The notes under the pieces: model-generated
Database searches by the model: none
The model's input: the letters and a program-made list of their open reading frames with translations, nothing else
Told to the model about the DNA's origin: nothing
Translations under genes and position numbers: made by a program
Assembly: GCA_963826535.1 (NCBI GenBank)
Contig: CAWGXL010000011.1
Coordinates: 512,809 to 576,808, forward strand
Direction: 5' to 3'
DNA: 64,000 nucleotides
Source: an uncultured bacterium
GTDB taxonomy: Bacteria; Patescibacteriota; Microgenomatia; Levybacterales; UBA12049
Part shown: piece after piece, positions 19,937-29,072 of the stretch
Layout: each line of letters starts with the position of its first letter
Position numbering within the stretch: the first letter of the stretch is position 1

Positions 19937-22691
19937 ATGAGGAAAAATGAGGCTAAATTCAGTGAAAAAAGTTTGGAGAAATATGACCCCTCAAGCATTG
20001 AACCGTATTGGCAGGCTAAGTGGGAGAGCGCTGGAGCTTATCAGACTGACCTTGAGAGTGCTAAAAACCCTTTTTATAACTTGATGATGTTTCCGTATCC
20101 GTCGGCTGAAGGCTTGCACATGGGCAGCGTGTTTACTTTCAGTGGTGTGGATATATATGGAAGGTTTAAGAGGATGCAGGGATATGATGTGTTTGAACCA
20201 ATTGGGCTGGATGGGTTTGGGATTCACTCGGAGAACCATGCGATTAAAACCGGAATGCATCCTATAGAACATGCTAAGAGAACTGAGGAGAATTTTTACA
20301 GGCAGCTTAGATTGATTGGGAATGGGTTTGATTGGAAGCATAAAGTTGAGACTTATGATCCTCATTATTATAAGTGGACGCAGTGGTTATTTGTTGAACT
20401 TTTTAAAGCTGGATTGTCCTATAGAAAAAAGTCTCCGGTTAATTTTTGTCCTTCATGTAAGACGGTATTGGCTGATGAACAGGTTATTGACGGAAAATGT
20501 GAAAGGTGCGGATCAATTGTTGAGAAAAGAGAGCTTGAGCAGTGGTTTTTTAGAATTACTAAATATGCAGAGAGGCTGCTTAATAATATTGTTAAATTGA
20601 ATTGGACTGAGAAGGTGAAGATCGCACAGAAGAATTGGATAGGAAGATCTGAAGGCGTTCGGATTAAGTTTGCTCTAAAAGTTTCCGGTCAAAAAGACGG
20701 GAAGCATTTTGTTGATGTTTTCACCACACGTCCCGATACGCTTTTTGGGGCAACGTTTCTTGTTATTTCTCCTGAGCTGGCAAAGTCCTGGTTGTCTGTT
20801 GGCTGGAAAGCTCGATCTGAATTAGTTGATTATATAGAGACGGCAATGGGATCTGACCCACGATTAAGAGAAGCAGCCGATCGGGAAAAAACCGGTGTTT
20901 CTACAGGTGTTATAGCAGTTAATCCAGTTACTAATGAGGAAATTCCGGTATGGGTGGCGGATTATGTGCTTGGTGGGTATGGAACAGGGGCGATTATGGC
21001 AGTACCGGCACATGATCAGCGGGATTTTGAATTTGCTCAGAAGTATAAATTAAAGATTAGTACTGTCATCCTGAACAAAAGTGAAGGATCTAAAGATTCT
21101 TCGGCTTTGCCTCAGAATGACAAAAAAGTAGCGTACACGGGCTCTGGGGTTTTGGTAAATTCAGGGGAGTGGGATGGGTTAGAAGTGCCGAAAGATATAA
21201 AAAAAGTTTTAGATTGGTTGGAAAATAAAGGGTTTGGGGAGAGAGAGGTGAATTACCATTTGCGGGATTGGCTGATTTCTCGCCAACGTTACTGGGGGCC
21301 GCCGATTCCGATGATTTATTGTGAGGCTTGTGCGAAGAAGGGGAAGAGTTGGTTTAGTCTGAAACCGAAGACCTCACCCCAACCCTCTTCTAAAAGGGGA
21401 GGGAGAAATGTGAGTGAAAATAATGATTGGGAAAGTGCGGGGTGGTATCCGGTTGAGGAAATGGAATTGCCGGTGAAATTGCCGTATATTGAGGATTTTA
21501 AGCCTATGGGTACGGGAAAATCGCCACTTGCCAATTACCCGAAGTTTTATGAGACGGTGTGTCCGGGGTGCGGGGGCAAGGCTAGGAGAGAGACAGATGT
21601 ATCCGATACTTTTTTGGATAGTGCTTGGTACTTTTTCCGTTACACGTCGACCGAGTTTGATGACCGTGCTTTCGATAAGCAGAGAGCAAAAAAATGGCTG
21701 CCTGTGAATATGTATATTGGCGGAGCAGAGCATTCGGTATTGCATTTGTTGTACGCACGCTTCATATGGAAAGTTCTTCTTGATCTTGGACATATTGGGT
21801 TTTCCGCCCAAGGCGGACCAGCCTCTGGGCTGGGAGGAACCGTTCGCTAGGTTTTATGCGCATGGGCTTTTGATCAAAGATGGTGCAAAGATGAGCAAAA
21901 GCCGGGGAAATGTGATAAATCCTGATGATTATATCCGAAAATTCGGCGCGGATGCGCTTCGTGCGTATTTGCATTTTTTGGGACCTTTTAATGAGGATGG
22001 AGATTTCAGGGATACCGGTATTGAGGGAATGCATAGGTTTTTGAAAAGGGTCTGGACTCTTTTCAAAAAAGTTCAAAGTTCAAAGTTCCCCACAAGGGGA
22101 CTACCTTCTTCGAAGGGTCGCAAAGTTCAAAGTTCAGAAGAAAATCTGAGGATGATGCATAGGACGATTGCGGGGGTGACTGAGGAACTTAAGAATTTGC
22201 GATATAATACGGCAATTGCGAAGCTTATGAGTTGGTATAACTTTTTGGCCAAGCAGGAATCTGTGAGTAGAGAAGAGATGGAAATATATTTGAAGCTTTT
22301 GGCACCGTTCGCGCCACACATAACTGAGGAATTGTGGCAGGCACTAAACTACCCAGAACGAGGCGCAGAACTACGCGGAAAAGATTGGTCAATTCATGCA
22401 AGTAAATGGCCGAAATTTGATCCTAAGTATATTAAAGACGTTGTTGTGAAGATTCCGGTACAGGTGAATGGGAAGTTGCGGGAGACAATAGAAGTTCAAA
22501 GTTCCCTCCTCGGTGGGCAGGCAAAGTTAAAAGTTCCCCACAAGGGGACTACCTTCTTCGAAGGGTCGCAAAGTGAAATAGAAAGGATGGCGAAAGAATG
22601 TGATAACGTCAGAAAATATCTTGAGGGGAAAAAGATTTTGAGAGTGATATATGTGCCTGGGAAGGTGATTAACTTTGTGGTAGGAAGTTAG
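19937..22691 (+). CDS. leuS: leucyl-tRNA synthetase, apparent +1 frameshift near 21795-21825 and two in-frame mini-element insertions
   Basis: N-terminus ...IEPYWQAKWE...NLMMFPYPSAEGLHMGS; KMSKS motif (GAKMSKSRGNV) in the second frame. Frame A ends at 21850 (...KVLLDLGHIGFS...). Frame B (21717..22691) continues ...EEPFARFYAHGLLIKDG. Confidence 0.8.
22068..22136. repeat. mini-element (CAAAGTT)n-TCCCCACAAGGGGACTACCTTCTTCGAAGGGTCG-(CAAAGTT)n inserted in-frame in leuS
   Basis: Two hairpins (CCCC-ACAA-GGGG; CCTTC-TTC-GAAGG). Translated as SSKFPTRGLPSSKGRKVQSSE. Nearly identical copy at 52122-52190. Confidence 0.7.
22491..22575. repeat. second copy of the same mini-element in leuS, inserted in a different reading phase
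   Basis: ...CAAAGTTAAAAGTTCCCCACAAGGGGACTACCTTCTTCGAAGGGTCGCAAAGTG translated as KLKVPHKGTTFFEGSQSE. Confidence 0.7.
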
Positions 22692-22735
22692 AGATTGGGG
22701 TTTAGTAATTATAGAGAATAGTATATAATTATGAT

Positions 22736-23419
22736 ATGGATACTTCGGGCCTTCGAGCAAAATATTCTCCGATACTTCGTAAATATGCTCTTCCATTGAC
22801 TCTCTTAGCGCTTGGTTTGATATTCTTAGTTTATGGTATGATCCAGTATTTTGCCCCGTATACCTCTCAAAAGGATTTAGAACAGAAAAAAGATAAATCG
22901 GATATTATTTTTGAAGCCTCGTCCAATCTTGCAGTGGACGAGACTAAAGTAGCCGAGTCTCGTATAGTCGGGGTTAAAGATTCAAAGCAGGTTGTAGTTG
23001 ATATCGAAGGAGCAGTGGAGAAACCGGGGGTATATAAGCTTGCAACTGAAGCCCGAGTTCAAGACGTTTTGATTGCGGCGGGAGGAATGAGTAAAGATGC
23101 GGATATGGAGAGAGTTGCACGAGGAATTAATTTAGCGGGCAAGATTATAGACGGAGGGAAGATTTATATTCCGTTTATTGGGGACGTGGAAACAGGAGGA
23201 TCAATTGAGGCGGGGATGTTGGGAGTTGAATCCAAGGATCTAATAAATATTAATAGTGCCGGCGAATCAGAGTTAAATAATTTACCAGGAGTAGGGCCTG
23301 TGACTTCACAGAAGATTATTAATAACCGGCCTTACGGAGGAATAGATGGGTTGGTTGAAAAAAAGGTTGTGGGCGCGAAGGTATTTGAGCAGATAAAGGA
23401 TAAGATAACCGCTCAGTAG
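22736..23419 (+). CDS. comEA: ComEA-like DNA-binding competence protein (TM + SLBB + helix-hairpin-helix)
   Basis: VVVDIEGAVEKPGVYKLATEARVQDVLIAAGG (SLBB-like). C-terminal INSAGESELNNLPGVGPVTSQKIINNRPYGG (HhH). Confidence 0.75.
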   Translation: MDTSGLRAKYSPILRKYALPLTLLALGLIFLVYGMIQYFAPYTSQKDLEQKKDKSDIIFEASSNLAVDETKVAESRIVGVKDSKQVVVDIEGAVEKPGVYKLATEARVQDVLIAAGGMSKDADMERVARGINLAGKIIDGGKIYIPFIGDVETGGSIEAGMLGVESKDLININSAGESELNNLPGVGPVTSQKIINNRPYGGIDGLVEKKVVGAKVFEQIKDKITAQ

Positions 23420-23486
23420 TGTATGCCAAATAGAAAATAGCGAATGGCCAATGGTTGTGGGTTATCATTGAGTCTTTTGAACTAGC

Positions 23487-24782
23487 ATGTTAAGTTTTAG
23501 GATTTTATTGATTATTGTTTTTCTTCTTATTTTTCTAGGTTTAAGATTTTGGAACTTTTATAAAGACTTACCGGAATATTATCATGGGCAGAAGATTTCT
23601 TTGATCGCTGAGATCGCAGACGAGCCGGAAATCGTTTTTGGGAGACAGAATTTTAATATAAGAGATGGATATGGGACCCGTATCAGAGTTGTCAGCGCTT
23701 CTTCGCCGCTTTTAAGTTACGGTGATAGAGTTTCTATTGATGGGTTTTTCACGAAGAAACTTTATAAAGGTAAAAATTATCTAGTCTTATATTTCCCAAA
23801 GATCCAAACTCTAGGATTAGATGATAATATTTTAACTAAATGGGCTATTTGGACTCGTAATAAAGCGCAAAATGACTATGAAAGGCATCTTCCGCCTGTG
23901 TCCTCCAGCTTGCTTTTAGGTATACTTTTCGGAGGGAAACATGGAATGCCGGATGTGTTTTCGGAACATCTGCGAGTTGCGGGAGTAATGCATGTAATTG
24001 CAGCGTCGGGGATGAATGTAACTTTTGTTGCTGGAGCTTTAATAGGTGTGTTGGGTTCAATATTCAACAGACAGTTTGCTATAGTTATAGCTGGGTTTGG
24101 TATTGTTTTTTATATGTTTTTAGCAGGATTTGAAGCATCGATTGTGCGTGCCGGGATCATGGCTCTTCTGGCTTTTGGGGCGAGTCTTTTGGGAAAGCAG
24201 TATTTGGGAATGTATTCACTGTTAGTTGCTTTTTATTTGATGTTAATTTACAGTCCTGGTTTGTTGTTTGATGTTGGTTTTCAGTTGTCTTTTTTGTCAA
24301 CGCTTGGGATAGTGATTTTCAGACCCCACTTCGTCCCGCTGAGCGGGACTTCGCGGGGCAGGCCCCACGCCACTGAAAATGCAAAGGGGAGTTCGCTTAG
24401 TAATATCCCCGGTATGACAATTTTGTCTGAGGATATTGGTACGACTATAGCAGCTCAGATTGCTGCGTTGCCGGTTTTGATGTCTGTTTTTGGGTCGGTT
24501 GGGATTTTGTCTATATTGGTAAATGCCCTGGTGCTTTGGACAATTCCAATTCTTATGGCTTTCGGGGCTTTGTCTTTGGTTTTAGGTTTAGTTGTTGAAC
24601 CTATTGGACTGGTGTTTTTGTATTTGTGCCTGCCTTTCCTTTTATTTTTTGAGCAGGTTGTTTCATTTTTTGGGGGTTTCGGCTGGGTTTGGAAAGTGGA
24701 GGAGTTTCCTTGGCAGTTGAGTATTGGGTATTATTTAGTGCTTTTGGCGATAGTATTGTATTTACGAAAAAAGAGGCTATGA
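23487..24782 (+). CDS. comEC: ComEC/Rec2 membrane channel, N-terminal and competence domains only
   Basis: Polytopic membrane protein with VAGVMHVIAASGMNVTFVAG (ComEC competence-domain motif). Carries an in-frame GC-rich mini-element at 24322-24395. Confidence 0.7.
   Translation: MLSFRILLIIVFLLIFLGLRFWNFYKDLPEYYHGQKISLIAEIADEPEIVFGRQNFNIRDGYGTRIRVVSASSPLLSYGDRVSIDGFFTKKLYKGKNYLVLYFPKIQTLGLDDNILTKWAIWTRNKAQNDYERHLPPVSSSLLLGILFGGKHGMPDVFSEHLRVAGVMHVIAASGMNVTFVAGALIGVLGSIFNRQFAIVIAGFGIVFYMFLAGFEASIVRAGIMALLAFGASLLGKQYLGMYSLLVAFYLMLIYSPGLLFDVGFQLSFLSTLGIVIFRPHFVPLSGTSRGRPHATENAKGSSLSNIPGMTILSEDIGTTIAAQIAALPVLMSVFGSVGILSILVNALVLWTIPILMAFGALSLVLGLVVEPIGLVFLYLCLPFLLFFEQVVSFFGGFGWVWKVEEFPWQLSIGYYLVLLAIVLYLRKKRL
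24322..24395. repeat. GC-rich two-hairpin mini-element (GTCCCGC-TGA-GCGGGAC; GGGGC-AG-GCCCC) inserted in-frame in comEC
   Basis: Perfect 7-bp stem. Translated as RPHFVPLSGTSRGRPHATENAKG. Related copies at 32226-32265 (minus orientation) and 44068-44090. Confidence 0.65.
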
Positions 24783-24783
24783 G

Positions 24784-24900
24784 GTAGTGTTTTTGTCCCA
24801 ATGGGGTCCTGTCTCGCCTTTTCCCAGTCCGACGTCCTCGCTCACTACGTTCACTGCGGGCGCTCGACTGGGAGCCCTAGGCTCGCCACCCCTAACTAAT
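24784..24900. repeat. GC-rich MITE-like element between the comEC membrane part and the MBL-domain gene
   Basis: Shares GGGGTCCTGTCTCGCC and CTGCGGGCGCTCGACTGGG...CGCCACCCCTAAC blocks with 19621-19830. Confidence 0.55.
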
Positions 24901-24912
24901 TCTATATAAATA

Positions 24913-25776
24913 ATGAAAAAATATATATTGTTAAGTTTTTTGGCTTTTATTTTGTTGTTGGGTATTGGAGTATATCAATATTTTCTATTTCATGATGGCC
25001 GTTTACATGTAGTTTTTTGTGATGTCGGGCAAGGAGATGCAATATTTATAAGAGCGCCAAATAACAAATATATTTTGGTTGATGGAGGGCCGGATAAAAA
25101 AGTGCTGGATTGTTTAGCAAAGCATATGGGTTTTTGGGAACGGACTATTGATTTGGTAGTGCTAACGCATCCGCACCAAGACCATTTTTTTGGACTGAAT
25201 TATGTATTAGATCGATATATTACTTTATCTTTTGCAACAGAAAGATTGAATAATAATACCGGGAGTTATCGGGATCTTAATCGAAAAATTGGAGAGAAGA
25301 AGATAGCTCAGAGGACAGTTTTTGCGGGGGATAGATATAGGATCGGAGAAGATTTATTTATAGCTATTGAATCACCTTCGCATCAACTGTTGCAGCGTTC
25401 AAGTCCTAATGGAGTGATCGGCGAGAGTCGCGAATTTGCTTCAATTATTTTGAAATTAACTTATGGAAACTTTGATGTGATTTTTACCGGTGACGCACAA
25501 GCTGAAGCTTTGGGTGAAGTTGCATCAGAAAACCAAAACAAAATCGAAGTGCTTCAGGTTCCTCATCATGGGTCGAAGACCGGGTTGAATAGGGGCATTA
25601 TTGAACAACTTGCTCCAGAGCTAGCAGTTATTTCTGTCGGAGCAAAGAATCGTTATGGGCATCCAAGTAAAGCAGCATTGAGTTTGTTCGATGAAAAGAG
25701 GATAAAGATTTTGCGGACTGATAGGGATGGGGATGTAGAGATCTTGAGTGATGGAATGAGTTTTTGGATTAAGTAA
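24913..25776 (+). CDS. metallo-beta-lactamase-fold protein, ComEC C-terminal domain encoded as a separate gene
   Basis: N-terminal TM helix. HxHxDH motif (VLTHPHQDHFFGL), later GD and HHGS motifs. Confidence 0.7.
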   Translation: MKKYILLSFLAFILLLGIGVYQYFLFHDGRLHVVFCDVGQGDAIFIRAPNNKYILVDGGPDKKVLDCLAKHMGFWERTIDLVVLTHPHQDHFFGLNYVLDRYITLSFATERLNNNTGSYRDLNRKIGEKKIAQRTVFAGDRYRIGEDLFIAIESPSHQLLQRSSPNGVIGESREFASIILKLTYGNFDVIFTGDAQAEALGEVASENQNKIEVLQVPHHGSKTGLNRGIIEQLAPELAVISVGAKNRYGHPSKAALSLFDEKRIKILRTDRDGDVEILSDGMSFWIK

Positions 25777-25842
25777 ATCTGGTTGAGGACATATTGACAA
25801 GGCTTAAAATTTAGTGTCTACTGATTATAGAAGCAATTATTT

Positions 25843-27384
25843 ATGATCAGAAAATCCCTCTTATTGTTTTTATCTATTAGTATATTTCTATTTTTCTTTA
25901 ATATTTTCTCTTTTAATAAAACTCAAGCGCAAACTTGTGCCCATACGCCTACAAGTACTAACAGTGTTACAAGCATAGTCGCATTCACTGTGGCCGGAGA
26001 TTATAAAGTATGGAGCAGGATATTGGCTCCTGATTCAGCAAGCAATTCATTTTATCTTCAAATTGATAATAATTGCGCTATTAATATAGGTGACCAAACA
26101 ACAATCCCTGCCAATAGTTTTACCTGGGTTGATTATCAGGATGGGGTAGTGACGAATTCAGTTAGTGTTAACCTTACGGCAGGAGATCACACAGTCAAGA
26201 TAACTGAACGTGAAGGAGGAGTGGGTATTGATAAATTGCTCTTTATCACGGATATGCAATGTGTTCCAACGGGGACAGGAGATAATTGTCCTTCCGTCAC
26301 TGATACGCCATCTCCAACACTTTCAAACATTCCGCCAACAATTCCACCTTCCAACATAATAACTATCGGAGAAACGAACATTTTGAGTAGGAACGACAGC
26401 GGCAATGGTAATCAGCTGTTCGCTACAAAAACGACCCTCTCACAGACGGCCACACTTCAGAGTCTCTCTTTCTATGTCACGACAGCGACCGGCAATCTCC
26501 GGCTCGGCATATTTGACGCGACCGGTCCCGGTGGAGCGCCGGGTGCCAGGAAAGCCGAAACGGCTAGTTTGACTCCCACGACGGGCTGGAACACGGCGGG
26601 CGTCACTCCAGTTTCCCTGCCGGCTGGGAACTACTGGCTGGCCTATCTGCCGAGCAATAACACTCTTGGCTACAGAGCGGAATCTACCGGAGGAGATTCC
26701 AAGCAGATGTCACATGCCTACGGCCCAATGCCCACCACTTACTCAACTGCTCCAGGCTCTACACACTGGCGTTGGTCTTTATACGCTACACTCAATACTT
26801 CAGCCTCCGAACCTACACCGACTAAAACTCCAGCTCCTACCTCGACACCTTTACCAACAGCAACTCCTTCGCCACTTCCAACCCCAACACCCACTTCAAC
26901 ACCTACGCCGATACCTCTGCCTACAGCAACACCAACTAAGACTCCTACGCCTACCCCAACAGGCAATGGTTTGCAAGCAGTCTATTACAACAATACAAAT
27001 TTCACCGGCATCTCCATAGTGCGCATTGATCCAAGCATTAATTTCAATTGGGGCACGGGCTCTCCTCATTCATCAATTGCTGGCGATACCTTTAGCACCA
27101 TTTGGACAGGTTTTGTAGTTCCCCGTAATAGCCAAACTTATACTTTTTATGCAAAAACAGACGATGGTGTGCGTCTATGGGTAAATGGTCAACAACTGAT
27201 AAATAGTTGGATCAATCAGAGCGCGACTGAGCGGAGCGGGTCAATAACTCTTATTGCAGGACGAAAATATACAATCAGGATGGAATATTATGAGAATAAT
27301 GGAAGCGCTCTTGCCCAGCTTCGCTGGAGCAGCTCGGCTCAGATCAAAGAGATTATTCCTCAGAGTAGATTATATAGTTTTTAA
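25843..27384 (+). CDS. secreted protein: signal peptide, N-terminal beta-sandwich domain, Pro/Thr-rich linker, C-terminal PA14 domain
   Basis: PT linker PTPTKTPAPTSTPLPTATPSPLPTPTPTSTPTP. C-terminal GLQAVYYNNTNFTG...WTGFVVP...YTFYAKTDDGVRLWVNGQQLI...RMEYYENNGSALAQLRWSS is a typical PA14 domain. Confidence 0.7.
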   Translation: MIRKSLLLFLSISIFLFFFNIFSFNKTQAQTCAHTPTSTNSVTSIVAFTVAGDYKVWSRILAPDSASNSFYLQIDNNCAINIGDQTTIPANSFTWVDYQDGVVTNSVSVNLTAGDHTVKITEREGGVGIDKLLFITDMQCVPTGTGDNCPSVTDTPSPTLSNIPPTIPPSNIITIGETNILSRNDSGNGNQLFATKTTLSQTATLQSLSFYVTTATGNLRLGIFDATGPGGAPGARKAETASLTPTTGWNTAGVTPVSLPAGNYWLAYLPSNNTLGYRAESTGGDSKQMSHAYGPMPTTYSTAPGSTHWRWSLYATLNTSASEPTPTKTPAPTSTPLPTATPSPLPTPTPTSTPTPIPLPTATPTKTPTPTPTGNGLQAVYYNNTNFTGISIVRIDPSINFNWGTGSPHSSIAGDTFSTIWTGFVVPRNSQTYTFYAKTDDGVRLWVNGQQLINSWINQSATERSGSITLIAGRKYTIRMEYYENNGSALAQLRWSSSAQIKEIIPQSRLYSF

Positions 27385-27390
27385 AACATT

Positions 27391-29001
27391 TTGAAAAAAT
27401 TCTTTATAGACTACATACATGCACTAATACCTCCATACAAGAGGGCTGATCTGCCATTGGTCACTTTAACAATAGTATTAACTGTAGCTATGTTGTTTGC
27501 AATAAATAACATAAGGTATGAAGATACCAAATCTCAAAGCTATGCACTAAGTACTTATACTATTAATGTTGAAGCGGAGAACGGGAATTTTGCAGGAAAT
27601 GTGAGTATGGTTAATGATTCGAATGCCTCCGGAGGGAGGTATGTTGTATTTGGTAGCGGGAATGTTGCGAGTGTTGCTGCCTTTCCCGGCGCAGAAGGAT
27701 TCGGGGCAATTTCGGTTGGCGGGCGTGGAGGTCGTGTGATCCAGGTGACGAACTTGGATGATTCCGGGCCTGGCAGCTTTCGCGATGCTGTTACGCAGAG
27801 CGGACCGCGTACGGTCGTTTTCAGGGTTGGGGGTACTATCACTTTGGCATCGGATATCAATATTATAGAACCATACCTTACAATTGCCGGACAAACCACT
27901 CCAGGGGGCGGCATCCAGTTCCGTGGCAAAGGGCTTAGGGTCCAGCCTCCGGCCCACGATATCACTATCCGTCACATACGGATCCGCCGCGGATGGATAA
28001 CTAACCCGGGCGTTAACGATGTAGGACTCTCGGTGGAGTCTGGATCTAATGCGGGCAATTCCTCATCCTTGGCGGTCTACAACGTTATTGTTGACCATTC
28101 ATCTCTTGGATGGCAGCAAGACGACAACGCTGGCTGGGGGAAGATACGAAATATTACCTTCCAGTGGAATTTTATCAATGAGGGAAACAATCCGGATTCA
28201 CCATTCAATAATGGTATAAGCGGGAAAGGCCTCTTATTAGGGGCGCCTCCGGGTCAGGGCAACGATATGGGGACTATCTCGATCCACCACAACTTTCTCG
28301 CAAGCAACCATCAGCGTAATCCATCGATTGGTGGCCATGGACCGACCGAGGTCGTGAACAACGTGATCTATAATTGGGGAGCCTTCGGCACTCAGATTCA
28401 GAACCGCGGAACGGATGGGACCAAGATGAATATAATCGGTAATTATTACAAGGCGGGACCTAATACCGGTTTGTCTCGTTATGAGGTGCTCATAAGTAGC
28501 GCTAGCGCGGGGGTTCTGGATCAACTTCCAGAGATGATATATATAAGTGACAACCTTAGCCCGCATCGGACAAGCAGCGCCCAACCTGAGTGGGCTCTAG
28601 TTGGCTATTGCGGGGCAGGAGGCCCAACTTACTGTACGATACCTGCTTCTACTTCGTTCCAGCGGAGTACTCCCTGGCCATCATCCGATTATCCCATCAG
28701 CGTTTCTAGCGTTCAGGAAAACATTACGGATGTCCTGAATAATGCCGGTGCCACTTTGCCTGTTCGAGACGAGGTAGATGCTCGGCTGGTAGCTGAATAC
28801 AATTCTGGTACAGGAACCATCGGAGGTGATAACAATTGGCCGATTCTTCAAGCCGGCACTCCGCCGGCGGACAGCGATAGTGATGGCATGTCAGATACTT
28901 GGGAAACAGCTAATGGACTCAATCCGAATGATGCAAGTGATGGACCTAAGATTGTTAGTAATGGTTACTCTAATCTGGAAAATTATATTAACAGTTTGTA
29001 A
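27391..29001 (+). CDS. membrane-anchored pectate-lyase-like (right-handed beta-helix) protein with C-terminal DxDxDG / NGYSNLENYINSL tail
   Basis: AEGFGAISVGGRGGRVIQVTNLDDSGPGSFRDAV...RTVVFRVGGTITL...TIAGQTTPGGGI resembles the PL1-type pectate lyase N-terminal signature. C-terminal DSDSDGMSDTWETANGLNPNDASDGP. Confidence 0.55.
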   Translation: MKKFFIDYIHALIPPYKRADLPLVTLTIVLTVAMLFAINNIRYEDTKSQSYALSTYTINVEAENGNFAGNVSMVNDSNASGGRYVVFGSGNVASVAAFPGAEGFGAISVGGRGGRVIQVTNLDDSGPGSFRDAVTQSGPRTVVFRVGGTITLASDINIIEPYLTIAGQTTPGGGIQFRGKGLRVQPPAHDITIRHIRIRRGWITNPGVNDVGLSVESGSNAGNSSSLAVYNVIVDHSSLGWQQDDNAGWGKIRNITFQWNFINEGNNPDSPFNNGISGKGLLLGAPPGQGNDMGTISIHHNFLASNHQRNPSIGGHGPTEVVNNVIYNWGAFGTQIQNRGTDGTKMNIIGNYYKAGPNTGLSRYEVLISSASAGVLDQLPEMIYISDNLSPHRTSSAQPEWALVGYCGAGGPTYCTIPASTSFQRSTPWPSSDYPISVSSVQENITDVLNNAGATLPVRDEVDARLVAEYNSGTGTIGGDNNWPILQAGTPPADSDSDGMSDTWETANGLNPNDASDGPKIVSNGYSNLENYINSL

Positions 29002-29072
29002 TGACGCACACATCCCGCCCCTAGTTGACAACACTCCGCTTTTTCTAATAGGCTAAAGAAGTAGATTCTAAA

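Noticed and set aside
26666-27019. ORFs 26666..27019 (+) and 26739..26966 (-) within the PA14 protein gene
   Set aside because: Alternative-frame and antisense readings of the Pro/Thr-linker coding region; low complexity.
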